Positions 44,958-54,274 of a stretch of 64,000 nt of DNA are shown here, one piece after another; positions within the stretch are counted from its first letter, which is position 1, and the number at the start of each line of letters is the position of its first letter. The translations under genes were made by a program, and so were the position numbers. The stretch is from a virus: positions 3,718 through 67,717 of IMG/VR virus record IMGVR_UViG_3300030012_002710, one strand, 5' to 3'. The notes under the pieces are model-generated. The model searched no databases. It was not told where the DNA came from and was given only the letters and a program-made list of their open reading frames with translations.

Positions 44958-45264
44958 TTTTTTTATTATTTGCTGGTTTTTCCCAAGGCAAATTAGAGTT
45001 ACCCTCATCAAATGTACTACGCGGATATGTTTTACCTTTGTAATATACATTTTCTGCATCATAATCAAGCACACCACTTTTTAATTGTTGTATATGTACT
45101 TCTTCATGTCTTATAACATCTTTTCTTTGCTCTGGATCTGTTATGTTTTTATTAATTAATATGTTTCCGTTTTTATCAGCTCTACCTAACACACCTTCTT
45201 CTAATTCTACCTCATGTACAGGTGTACCCATAACATAAGGTGGATTTGTTAATTTAAAAGCCAT
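44941..45264 (-). CDS. small HExxH zinc metallopeptidase-like protein
   Basis: VIRHEEVHIQQ followed by LPWEK.A. Confidence 0.75.
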   Translation of the reverse strand: MAFKLTNPPYVMGTPVHEVELEEGVLGRADKNGNILINKNITDPEQRKDVIRHEEVHIQQLKSGVLDYDAENVYYKGKTYPRSTFDEGNSNLPWEKPANNKKNGKRK

Positions 45265-45265
45265 A

Positions 45266-45475
45266 TTAGTTTTTTATAGGTGTTTCTATCACATACTTTG
45301 CATTAGGAAATATATAATCATATCCTGGATACATTATTTTTGTATAACCCCTATCATCTGTACCAGATACTTTAAATTTTACTCCTTTCATTGTTATATT
45401 ACCACCATTAATTATATTATGTGATTTATTAACATCAGGGCTATTATGTTTGTATCCTTTTTTAGATGTTTTCAT
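45266..45475 (-). CDS. conserved small protein
   Basis: GY..NSPD, ITMKGV, M.PG.DY.FP...V.E.P motifs. Confidence 0.7.
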   Translation of the reverse strand: MKTSKKGYKHNSPDVNKSHNIINGGNITMKGVKFKVSGTDDRGYTKIMYPGYDYIFPNAKYVIETPIKN

Positions 45476-45630
45476 TTAGTTGAGTATGGAAACATTTTGT
45501 TTAAAATATCTCTACGTTTTCCGCATCCACAAGGAATATTAAGACCCTCGGAGACTTTGTCAACGACAGTCTTAATACCTGTTTTAGTGGTAAACTTTTC
45601 TATTGAATCGCCTAGTCCTCGTGATTGCAT
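45472..45630 (-). CDS. small protein (52 aa, GLGD...CGC..R motif)
   Basis: Hand-translated MQSRGLGDSIEKFTTKTGIK...PCGCGKRRDILNKMFPYSTK*; ATGA coupling. Confidence 0.75.
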   Translation of the reverse strand: MQSRGLGDSIEKFTTKTGIKTVVDKVSEGLNIPCGCGKRRDILNKMFPYSTK

Positions 45631-45635
45631 AATTA

Positions 45636-45980
45636 TTAAGCTATAGCTATATCGTTTACATACATCTGTAGCGGTGTACCTGCATCATCTTTTGGTAAAA
45701 ATACTTTAGATTTTACACCACCTGGATTTGCAGTTAAAGCGTCATTAATAGCTTTTGCACCTTTATTACTTGTAAGTGTAGGGTTTACAGCTGAGGTTTT
45801 ACTAGTACTTAGTGTTACTGTAATAAAGTCAGCAGCTGTACTACCACCATTTACTGTAATAAGAACAGTTTGATCAGCAGTTTGAGTAACAGTTGTAACT
45901 AAATCAGCATTTATTAAATGTTTTCCATTTTCAAAGTCATTAGAGTTACCAACAACTTCTAGTTCTATAAATTTTGCCAT
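45636..45980 (-). CDS. putative structural protein
   Basis: 114 aa, T/A/V-rich; ALTANPGG. Confidence 0.7.
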   Translation of the reverse strand: MAKFIELEVVGNSNDFENGKHLINADLVTTVTQTADQTVLITVNGGSTAADFITVTLSTSKTSAVNPTLTSNKGAKAINDALTANPGGVKSKVFLPKDDAGTPLQMYVNDIAIA

Positions 45981-46044
45981 TTTTAATATTTATGTTTGTG
46001 TTAATGTTTGTGTTTTGGTTAGATTTATACAGTTCTATCTGTTT

Positions 46045-46278
46045 TTAATGATGTTTTTTATCATACTTCATATCACCAGCAAGTTTAGAAATATGCTTTT
46101 CATCAGCTGTCATATCTATATTACTATGATTATGTTTAGCATCATAGTCTATATCTCTTTTTAAATATGATATATGTGCTGCATCATCTCTTTCAGCAGC
46201 ATGTACATTATGTTTTGTTACGGGAGTATGAGAATGTCTAGCATTACCAGTATAATGTCCAAAATGTCCTTTTTCCAT
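46045..46278 (-). CDS. His-rich small protein with internal repeat
   Basis: D.AHISYLKRDIDYDAKH / DEKHISKLAGDMKYDKKH. Confidence 0.7.
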   Translation of the reverse strand: MEKGHFGHYTGNARHSHTPVTKHNVHAAERDDAAHISYLKRDIDYDAKHNHSNIDMTADEKHISKLAGDMKYDKKHH

Positions 46279-46281
46279 AAT

Positions 46282-46437
46282 TTATTTTTTATTGTCTTTT
46301 AACTTTAACCATTTAGATACAGTATACCCTATAGTTACTAATAAAAGAATTATTTTAAGTGAAATCTCTATATGTGTCATTGATACAGCAAGAGCTATAC
46401 CATTTATGGCTAATAACTTAATATCTGAAACAGCCAT
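46282..46437 (-). CDS. small membrane protein (51 aa, holin-like)
   Basis: Hand-translated MAVSDIKLLAINGIALAVSMTHIEISLKIILLLVTIGYTVSKWLKLKDNKK*. Confidence 0.7.
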   Translation of the reverse strand: MAVSDIKLLAINGIALAVSMTHIEISLKIILLLVTIGYTVSKWLKLKDNKK

Positions 46438-46438
46438 T

Positions 46439-46654
46439 TTAACCTTGTACTAATTTGGTTATAGGAAATTTAACTTGGTATGCATTTGGTCCACATGGAT
46501 ATTTTGATACTTCCATACCAGTAATACCAGAGCTAGAACCCACACCGTGCATTCTACCTTCTTGATTTAATGGACCATCCCATATATGAGATTCTCCTAC
46601 TATACCTACTTTTTTATTTTTACTTGCTTTGTTGTAACCTGGATCGTGTTTCAT
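46439..46654 (-). CDS. small hypothetical protein
   Basis: Likely start at ATG 46654 (MKHDPGY); WDGPL...G.G.SSG..GMEV. Confidence 0.65.
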   Translation of the reverse strand: MKHDPGYNKASKNKKVGIVGESHIWDGPLNQEGRMHGVGSSSGITGMEVSKYPCGPNAYQVKFPITKLVQG

Positions 46655-46658
46655 TTTT

Positions 46659-46871
46659 TTATTTTTTATTTTTGCATCCAAAATTTTTTGCGTAGTTAGC
46701 CATTTTTCTGACACTATCGCTGTATTTACCGTCTTTAGCTTTCATAACAGCAGAAGCTGCACTACAGGCATCTTTAAATCCATTTTTTTTAGCCCAAGCT
46801 GTAAACTTACCTTGATTTTTTTCTTTTATTTCAGGAAAACCTTTTTGTAATAATGGTGATGTGCTTCTCAT
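46659..46871 (-). CDS. small basic protein
   Basis: IK.KN.GKFTAWAK...KMANYAKN. Confidence 0.7.
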   Translation of the reverse strand: MRSTSPLLQKGFPEIKEKNQGKFTAWAKKNGFKDACSAASAVMKAKDGKYSDSVRKMANYAKNFGCKNKK

Positions 46872-46889
46872 TTATTTATTACTTTAAAT

Positions 46890-48005
46890 TTACATTTTTC
46901 TAACTTTCCCATCATTTTTCTTTCTTCTTTTTCGCATTTTTTCCATAGTTTCTTTGTTGCGCTTTTTATGTTCTTCTTGGTCTCTTTGTTTCATTTTTTC
47001 ACGCGTCTCTTTTCTTATCTGCTCCCTTATTTTTTCTCTTTCTTCGTTTCTTCTTTCTTCACGGGATTTTGTTTTAAATTTTGGTTCAGGTTTTTTACTT
47101 TTTTCATTGGGATTTGGAACTTGATATTGTGCAGGACCTTTTCCTTCTTTAAGGTTTTTTTGATGAGTTTTACTTCTAGGATCACTTGCTTTTCTTCTAG
47201 GATATTTATCATTTAAATTTGCATCTTTATGATAATCATCTGGATTTCTTCCATATTTATTGTCTGGTGTTGGTTTTACTTGATTAACTTGTGCAGGACC
47301 TTTTCCTTTTTGTTTATCTCTAGAGTCTATTATTGCTTTTCTTTTTTCACCTCTAGTCATTTTACCTTCACGAGCTTTTTTACGTATTTCTTTTCTTTCT
47401 TGTCTACCTTCTTGTCTTTTTGCTCTTTTTTCTAATCTTAAAGTTTTATCTCTTTTTTGTTGAGTTTTACTTTTTGTTTTACTTACTCTACCTTTAGCTG
47501 CTGTTTCTTTTGAAGTTGTTTCTTTTCTAGCATCAGCTGCTTTTTGTTTTGTTTTTTCTAATCTTTTTTGGCTTTTTGTTTTAGGTTTTTTTGTAACATT
47601 TGATTTAATTTCAGAAACAAAATCACTACCTGGTGCCATTCCAGCTTGTGCAGGACCAATAGAACCTTTTTTAGCCATACCTTGCATATGATTTACAGCC
47701 ATTCTAGGATCATACGCTTGGTTTAGTATTTGAGCATTTGTAGATACGTCCATACCCATTGGTTGTCTTGGTTGTTGTCTTACCATATTAGACATGTTAT
47801 TTACAGATCTATTTGGTTTTAATACACTTTGTGAACCTGGTTGACTTTGTAATAATCCAGCAATACCACCAGCATTATTTAATCTTTTTAAAAATCTAGC
47901 AGAAGCAGGCCCTTGTGAATCGTTTATTGCATTATATTTAGCTTGTTCCCAGCTATCAATCTTACCGTTTTTATTTATATCTTTAACTTTATATTTTTTT
48001 CCCAT
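46890..48005 (-). CDS. highly basic low-complexity protein with repeated GPA(Q) motifs
   Basis: 371 aa, K/R-rich; EF-hand-like DINKNGKIDSWE at the N-terminus; GPAS, GPAQ x3. Confidence 0.7.
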   Translation of the reverse strand: MGKKYKVKDINKNGKIDSWEQAKYNAINDSQGPASARFLKRLNNAGGIAGLLQSQPGSQSVLKPNRSVNNMSNMVRQQPRQPMGMDVSTNAQILNQAYDPRMAVNHMQGMAKKGSIGPAQAGMAPGSDFVSEIKSNVTKKPKTKSQKRLEKTKQKAADARKETTSKETAAKGRVSKTKSKTQQKRDKTLRLEKRAKRQEGRQERKEIRKKAREGKMTRGEKRKAIIDSRDKQKGKGPAQVNQVKPTPDNKYGRNPDDYHKDANLNDKYPRRKASDPRSKTHQKNLKEGKGPAQYQVPNPNEKSKKPEPKFKTKSREERRNEEREKIREQIRKETREKMKQRDQEEHKKRNKETMEKMRKRRKKNDGKVRKM

Positions 48006-48007
48006 AA

Positions 48008-48454
48008 TTATCTTGTTTTATCTCTATTGAGATTTTTTATTGCTGTTATTAACACTTTATCTGTATATGTTTTAGCTTTCATTATTGAATTACGTTTTTT
48101 ACTTACAGGTATATCTTCTTCACCTAGCATAATACGGTACATACGTGCTATTAGTTGTTTACACTTAAAAGAAACTTTATAGATATTATACTTTTGAGTT
48201 GTTCTATTTCGTTGCCTCCATGTTACAATCCAATTGTTTTTTACCAATTTGTTCCAGCGTCTGTTGTCCCAACTGTAAGCATACGTACCGATCTTAAAAT
48301 CCTGTTTAGTAAATAAATCCATACAGTCAAAGTATATTAATAACTCTAGATCTGCATCATTAAGATCATTGTTTCTACAAGCCCACTTTCTTATTAATCT
48401 GTAGTGTTTTAACAAGTTTAAATCTCGTACGTCACCAGATTTTAAACGTTTCAT
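48008..48454 (-). CDS. conserved hypothetical protein (possible winged helix)
   Basis: 148 aa coupled to groES; L..ADLELLIY. Confidence 0.7.
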   Translation of the reverse strand: MKRLKSGDVRDLNLLKHYRLIRKWACRNNDLNDADLELLIYFDCMDLFTKQDFKIGTYAYSWDNRRWNKLVKNNWIVTWRQRNRTTQKYNIYKVSFKCKQLIARMYRIMLGEEDIPVSKKRNSIMKAKTYTDKVLITAIKNLNRDKTR

Positions 48455-48711
48455 AAAACAACAACAACATCTTGTAATTTAATTACAATAAATTTTTCTT
48501 TTTCAAATTCAATACCGTGCCCTGCATGACGATCATAAAATATATTATCATCTTTTTTTATAGTTGTTATATCATCACTAACTGATACAACTTTAGCTTT
48601 TCTGTATCTTATATCTTCCCTATCTTTTTCTATTATAAGTAAACCACCTTTTGTTTTATCAGTTTTTACTTTTTCAGGAATTATTATTATATTATTACCT
48701 ACTGCCTTCAT
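48451..48711 (-). CDS. groES: co-chaperonin GroES
   Basis: KT.GGLLI mobile loop, KVVSV, I.YD..AG..I...KF.VI...DVV. Confidence 0.88.
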   Translation of the reverse strand: MKAVGNNIIIIPEKVKTDKTKGGLLIIEKDREDIRYRKAKVVSVSDDITTIKKDDNIFYDRHAGHGIEFEKEKFIVIKLQDVVVVL

Positions 48712-50248
48712 TAATTCTTAAATTATTAATTACACAATCAGTTGATAATATTGTTGTAGCTACAGATGCAGCATTAACAAGAGCACTTTTTGTAACAAGT
48801 AAAGGATCAATAATACCTGCTTTAATCATATTTACAGTTTTACCTGTAACAACATTTAATCCTTCACCTTTATTTTTAACTAAGCTTTCTGTATAATCTA
48901 TACCTGCATTATCTAAAATAACTTTAAATGGATATGTTATAGCATTTAATAATACCAGTTCAGCTTCGTTTTTTGTTTTAATATGTTGTGATGCGTTTAA
49001 AAGCGCTATACCACCACCAGGTACAATACCTTCTTTAATAGCAGCTTTTGTTGCACATATAGCATCTTCTATTCTATCAGATTTTTCTTTTAATTCTATA
49101 TCTGAATTTGCACCTACTTTTACTATTGCTATTTTAGCTGATAATCTAGCTAATCTTTTTTCAAGCCTTATAACATGTGCAGGTGAGGGTAAACTTGCTA
49201 AATCTTTTTTTACTTTATTTATAAGTGATAATACTTCATCACTTGGATCACCAACTTGTATTATGGTATCTTTTTCATCTGTTGTAGATTTTAAACAACT
49301 ACCTAAAAATTCTGGTTGTATTAAATCCATATCATCACCTAAGTCTTCATTAATGACAGTAGCTCCTGTAAGCAAAGCTAAATCATCTAATGTTTCACGT
49401 TTATTAACACCATATGTTGGTGCATTTACAATATTTACTTTAATATTACCTTTTGTTTTATTCATGGCAAGTGTAGCCATTACTGGTGCTTCTACATCTG
49501 CTATTATAAGTAAAGGTATGTTTTTCTTTATAACGTGTTCTAATACAGACTGTATTTGTCTTATATTTTCAACTGGTGATTCTATAATTAAAACAGCAGG
49601 TTTTTCAAGTTCTGCAGTTTTCTTTTCTTTATTTGTAATAAAATGTGGATTAGTTAATCCTTTATTATATTGAACACCATCAACTAGCTCTACATCTGTT
49701 TCTGGCATTGATGAATGTTCCATCATCACTACACCTGTTTGACCTACAGCTCTAAAAGCATCACCTATAATTTTTCCAAGCTCAGGATCATTATTTGTAG
49801 ATATACTAGCTATTTGATCAATCATATCACCTTTTACAGGTATAGATATATCTTCTAAATATTTAAGTACTTTTTTAACTGCTTTATTAATGTTTTCTTT
49901 TAATTGTCTAGAATTTACATTAACATTTTTTGCTAAACTTATTATAGCATGAGCAAGTACAGTTGCGGTAGTAGTACCATCACCAGCTTCATTTACTGTT
50001 TTTCGTGCTGCTTCTTTTAATAAAGTAGCACCCATATTTTCTACAGGATCTAATAAAACTATTGAATTTGCTACAGTAACACCATCTTTTGTAATCATTG
50101 GTTTACCTTGATCATCTTCAAGTAATACACATTTACCGCTAGCTCCTAAAGTAGAGCTAACGGCTTGTGTGAGTTTATCAATTCCTTTAAATACTTGATT
50201 TTGAGCATTTTTGCCAAAATTAAGATTTTTGACTATTAAGTCTGACAT
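48695..50248 (-). CDS. groEL: chaperonin GroEL
   Basis: TKDGVTVA, AGDGTTTATVLA, EGIVPGGG, GIIDP motifs; no GGM tail. Confidence 0.95.
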   Translation of the reverse strand: MSDLIVKNLNFGKNAQNQVFKGIDKLTQAVSSTLGASGKCVLLEDDQGKPMITKDGVTVANSIVLLDPVENMGATLLKEAARKTVNEAGDGTTTATVLAHAIISLAKNVNVNSRQLKENINKAVKKVLKYLEDISIPVKGDMIDQIASISTNNDPELGKIIGDAFRAVGQTGVVMMEHSSMPETDVELVDGVQYNKGLTNPHFITNKEKKTAELEKPAVLIIESPVENIRQIQSVLEHVIKKNIPLLIIADVEAPVMATLAMNKTKGNIKVNIVNAPTYGVNKRETLDDLALLTGATVINEDLGDDMDLIQPEFLGSCLKSTTDEKDTIIQVGDPSDEVLSLINKVKKDLASLPSPAHVIRLEKRLARLSAKIAIVKVGANSDIELKEKSDRIEDAICATKAAIKEGIVPGGGIALLNASQHIKTKNEAELVLLNAITYPFKVILDNAGIDYTESLVKNKGEGLNVVTGKTVNMIKAGIIDPLLVTKSALVNAASVATTILSTDCVINNLRINEGSR

Positions 50249-50275
50249 ATTAAATTAAATTTGATTAGATTAAAA

Positions 50276-50563
50276 CTATTTAAAGGTCTTAACGACTTTA
50301 GGTCCGTTTAAGAATTCAATTTTTTTCTCGTAATGCTGAACTGAAGCATTAACAGCTTCTTCAGCACCTTCGAGTGTTTCTCTACGGGTTACATCGATCC
50401 ATTGCTCTGCTTCTGGATCTTGGTATTCAGTTTGATAAAAACCGTTAGGTAATTGGGTTATTCGCCAGTTTTTCTTTTCAGCGACATGTTTCCAAAGGGT
50501 TTTTGTTTTTTCTGAAACTTGTGGTTGACTACTCCACGAACTAGTCTGGTAATATAGTGTCAT
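50276..50563 (-). CDS. conserved hypothetical protein
   Basis: 95 aa; WRITQLPNGFYQTEY, DVTRRET. Confidence 0.75.
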   Translation of the reverse strand: MTLYYQTSSWSSQPQVSEKTKTLWKHVAEKKNWRITQLPNGFYQTEYQDPEAEQWIDVTRRETLEGAEEAVNASVQHYEKKIEFLNGPKVVKTFK

Positions 50564-50603
50564 AAGGTTTGGGTTTTAATTGTTTGACATTTGGTTATAA
50601 AAT

Positions 50604-50633
50604 ATATAGTTACTTGTTTTTCTTTGTTTTTAA
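50604..50633 (-). promoter_or_regulatory. putative promoter motif B
   Basis: TTAAA-N15-GTAACTATAT in the intergenic gap upstream of the chaperonin block. Confidence 0.45.
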
Positions 50634-50642
50634 GTGGAAAAA

Positions 50643-52505
50643 TTATGTTATACCATATTTACCTTTTTGATCATCATATTTAGTATCTAATTCACTTGTT
50701 GTAAATATTTTATCATAAGCTCTTATTTCTCCTAAATAACCATAACCCCCATATACACCACCACCATCACTCATTAAATTAATATCAGTATCTGTTGTAT
50801 ATTGTGGTGAAACAGTGGTTGTGCTTGTAACATTATAATTTGTTTTTCCAGGTTGATAACGGTTTATACTCCATTGGTTATTTGGAAAATCATAACCAAT
50901 AACATACATAAACCAATCAGAAGTAGTAACACTTGCAACATAACCAGAGTTAAAATCTGCATTTCTTGATGTATCATAAACAAAATTATTGAAACCTTGC
51001 GTGCTTGGTCTATAATATCTAACAGCGGCTTGTGCTGTACTAGTACCAGTTGTATTTCCATATAAAATAGTATTTAAACCAGAAGTACCTGAGGCAATAG
51101 AGCTCATTCTTATCCAAAACAAAAATGTTAATACGTTTCCTGATTTTAAACTTAATGCTCCTCCATGTGTGGCGCTTGGTATTTGAAAATAATCAGCTCT
51201 ACTTGATAAATCTAAATAAGTTGCGCCATTTACACTTCCGGTAGAAGGAACAGTAGTAACTATTGTTGCATCATAATTATTAGCACTTAAATCAAACCAA
51301 GTTGAACCACTTCCAGTCCAAGATAAAGAACTATTAGCATCTAACCATAATATTTGATTTGCTTCTAACTTTGGTGGTTGACCAGGTATATATTCATCTG
51401 CTATTTGTTTCCACGTAGTCCCATTATAAAACTCTACAAGCTTATCTGTTGTGTTATATCTAAATTCACCTGTTGAAGGTTGTGGTGCAGAACTAGTTGT
51501 AAATTGTATAATTCCACTTGTACCCGCTGTAAATGTTGTAATTTTAGTATTTGCTACAGACGTAGAATCTGTGGTGAATGTTAACACACTAGTTGTTTCT
51601 ACTATAGTGTATTCATCAGAATATCGTAATATTACAACTCCAGATCCTCCAGATCCTGAACTTCCACCTATAGTTTGATTAGGATGTGCTCCACCTCCTC
51701 CACCTGTATTTGCAGTTCCATCTTGAGCATTACCAGTTCCTTCACTTTTGCCTCTACCATTTCCTCCTCCATCGGAACCTGTTCCAGCTGAACCACTTGA
51801 AAGATTACTTGAACCACCACCACCTCCAGCGCGTAAAACAGGTGATCCAGTTATAGATGATGATAAACCACTACCACCATTTGTTCCAACACCTAAAGTA
51901 CTTACAGCAAGGGATGCGCTTCCAGCTCCTCCACCACCAACACCACCTTCTTGATTAACAGTTGCACCTAAAGCATTACCGTCTCCTGCATTAAACCCTT
52001 GTGTGGGTGTTACTGCAGTTCCTCCAGTATAAAAATTACCAGCATAATTAGAAGCTCCACCACCTGAACCTCCATCTCCAGGTGCTTGTGCGGAAAGACC
52101 ACCGCCACCGCCACCTCCACCAGTAGAGGTAATTTGATCAAATATTGAGTCATCTCCATCAGCACCATGATTAGCTGAAGCACCAGTTACTCCAGATCCA
52201 CCTTCTCCAACAGTTACATTATATGAAGTGTTTGTAGATAACGAAAGAGTTGTTTCTACAGGTTGTAAACCACCGCTAATATTTCCAGATCCAAATGATG
52301 TTCTATAACCTCCAGCTCCACCACCACCGGCTCCTCTGTTACCACCTCCGCCTCCACCACCAGCAATTACTAAAAAATCAACACTAAAATTTCCTGGTCT
52401 TTCTGCTGTTGTTCCTTTAGGTAATATTACACCTTCTGTATTTTCTGAAGTTAAAGTTTCTCCTGGTAAATCAATTAAAACTGGTGTTGTTATTTTTGTT
52501 GACAT
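50643..52505 (-). CDS. glycine-rich fibre protein with C-terminal LamG/ConA-like domain
   Basis: VDFLVIAGGGGGG...GSGVVILRY; LWLDAN...WFDLS...IRAYD. Confidence 0.75.
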   Translation of the reverse strand: MSTKITTPVLIDLPGETLTSENTEGVILPKGTTAERPGNFSVDFLVIAGGGGGGGNRGAGGGGAGGYRTSFGSGNISGGLQPVETTLSLSTNTSYNVTVGEGGSGVTGASANHGADGDDSIFDQITSTGGGGGGGGLSAQAPGDGGSGGGASNYAGNFYTGGTAVTPTQGFNAGDGNALGATVNQEGGVGGGGAGSASLAVSTLGVGTNGGSGLSSSITGSPVLRAGGGGGSSNLSSGSAGTGSDGGGNGRGKSEGTGNAQDGTANTGGGGGAHPNQTIGGSSGSGGSGVVILRYSDEYTIVETTSVLTFTTDSTSVANTKITTFTAGTSGIIQFTTSSAPQPSTGEFRYNTTDKLVEFYNGTTWKQIADEYIPGQPPKLEANQILWLDANSSLSWTGSGSTWFDLSANNYDATIVTTVPSTGSVNGATYLDLSSRADYFQIPSATHGGALSLKSGNVLTFLFWIRMSSIASGTSGLNTILYGNTTGTSTAQAAVRYYRPSTQGFNNFVYDTSRNADFNSGYVASVTTSDWFMYVIGYDFPNNQWSINRYQPGKTNYNVTSTTTVSPQYTTDTDINLMSDGGGVYGGYGYLGEIRAYDKIFTTSELDTKYDDQKGKYGIT

Positions 52506-52507
52506 AT

Positions 52508-54268
52508 TTATAAATTAGTAAAGTCTTTATATCCTGTTGCAGTATAATGTTCCATTTGCCCTAATGTAGTATTACATCTTAACATACCTATTTCAGCACC
52601 TGGTTCAGCATCTGCTTTTTGAAAAGTTATATTACCTGAACCCTCTTTAAATACAATAGTATCTGTCGTTCCGTTTGTAAACTTAGTTTGATATGCGACT
52701 TCATTATATAGATCTGTAACTTGATCTGAAGATAAAGTTGTATTAAAATATCTAAGTTGATCTATAGCTCCATTCCAAAAATATGATCCACCTTGATATG
52801 ATCCTATTCTTACATCGCCAGTATTAGTATTTACAGCAGAGCCAAAAGTGTTTGAATCTGCTACAGCTCCATTTAAATACAATATACAACCAGTTCCTGC
52901 AGAATCAACAGTTAATACAACGTGATACCACGTATTAAGAGTAATTGATGAAGTAGTAAGTTGTGAATATGAAGGATTATATAATGTAAAATATAAAATA
53001 GAACCATTTGTCCATACTCCATAAGATTCAGGACTACCTTTTTGAAACAACCAAGCATTACCTGAATTATTAGAGTTAATCCACAAACTTATGCTTTGAG
53101 ATGCTGTTAAATCAAAATTAGAATTATCTGGTAAAAATATATTAGAACTTGATCCATTAAGTTGTGCTGCATTTCCATATTTACCAGCTGCATATGTTAT
53201 ATTACTACTTGATACACCATTGTAATTTCCACAAGTGTCATTTATATTATCATTAAATTGATATAAAGCTTGACATCCAGCTCCTGTAGGATAATTGCAC
53301 GTTGATGTAGTCATTGTAGTTATAGGAGCTACTAATGTTCCATCAACTGTAACACTATTAACTACAGTATTATCATATTTTAATATTACTACACCAGAAC
53401 CGCCATCACCACCAGTAGAATCTGAACTACCTGTAACGCCGCCTCCGCCGCCACCTCCCGAATTTTCCAAAGCACTTGTTCCTCTTACACCTGCTGTTTG
53501 GCTACCGGTTCCACCTCCTCCGGATCCTCCAGTTCCACCTATAACATTACCACCAGTACCAATTGCGCTTCCTGAATCATCTCCGCCTCCGCCTCCGCCG
53601 CCTCCGGCAAAAAATACACTTGTTCCACCTACTATTTCACCAACACTAGCATCAGTTGCGTTAGAAACACTTATAAAAGATGTCATATTAGTGCCGCTTC
53701 CACCATTACCACTTTGATTAGCTGAACTACTATTACCTACGCCATTTGTGTCTGATAAAGGGTTACCTGACCCACCACCTCCGCCTGTAGCCCATTTATA
53801 TGATGTATTACTATTACCTCCATTATTGCCTTGCCCAGTAATACCTGATCCTCCAACATAAGCTGTTGAATTACTAAAAACACCAGCTCCTGCACCTGAA
53901 CCACCTGGTCTACCATCTCCTCTTCTTTGTCCAGATCCACCACCTACCGCTCTTAATCCTGCAAAACCAGAATCAAGACCATTAGGTTGATTATTTGTTA
54001 ATGTTGTATCTGCTGTAGCACCTTCACCAACTGTTAATACAACAGAGCTTCCTGATGCAACAGATGTTGTACCTGTTAAAAGACCACCAGCACCGCCACC
54101 GCCTGATCCACTTCCTGAAGCAGTACCACCACCACCTACAATAAGATAATCTATATCAAATGATGAGGTTGGTTGCTGTGCTGTAGTACCTGCACAACCT
54201 TTTAATGCATTTGTAGAACCTGATTGGTTTAAATCGATAAGATCATTTATTACTTTTATTATTGCCAT
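52508..54268 (-). CDS. glycine-rich fibre protein with internal LamG domain
   Basis: IDYLIVGGGG; NTWYHVVLT...LYLNG...G.IDQLR.FN..LS. Confidence 0.75.
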   Translation of the reverse strand: MAIIKVINDLIDLNQSGSTNALKGCAGTTAQQPTSSFDIDYLIVGGGGTASGSGSGGGGAGGLLTGTTSVASGSSVVLTVGEGATADTTLTNNQPNGLDSGFAGLRAVGGGSGQRRGDGRPGGSGAGAGVFSNSTAYVGGSGITGQGNNGGNSNTSYKWATGGGGGSGNPLSDTNGVGNSSSANQSGNGGSGTNMTSFISVSNATDASVGEIVGGTSVFFAGGGGGGGGDDSGSAIGTGGNVIGGTGGSGGGGTGSQTAGVRGTSALENSGGGGGGGVTGSSDSTGGDGGSGVVILKYDNTVVNSVTVDGTLVAPITTMTTSTCNYPTGAGCQALYQFNDNINDTCGNYNGVSSSNITYAAGKYGNAAQLNGSSSNIFLPDNSNFDLTASQSISLWINSNNSGNAWLFQKGSPESYGVWTNGSILYFTLYNPSYSQLTTSSITLNTWYHVVLTVDSAGTGCILYLNGAVADSNTFGSAVNTNTGDVRIGSYQGGSYFWNGAIDQLRYFNTTLSSDQVTDLYNEVAYQTKFTNGTTDTIVFKEGSGNITFQKADAEPGAEIGMLRCNTTLGQMEHYTATGYKDFTNL

Positions 54269-54274
54269 ATTTTA

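Noticed and set aside
48220-48297. Antisense peptide MLQSNCFLPICSSVCCPNCKHTYRS with a CxxC look
   Set aside because: Only 25 aa, antisense to a conserved gene, with no supporting promoter; probably coincidental.
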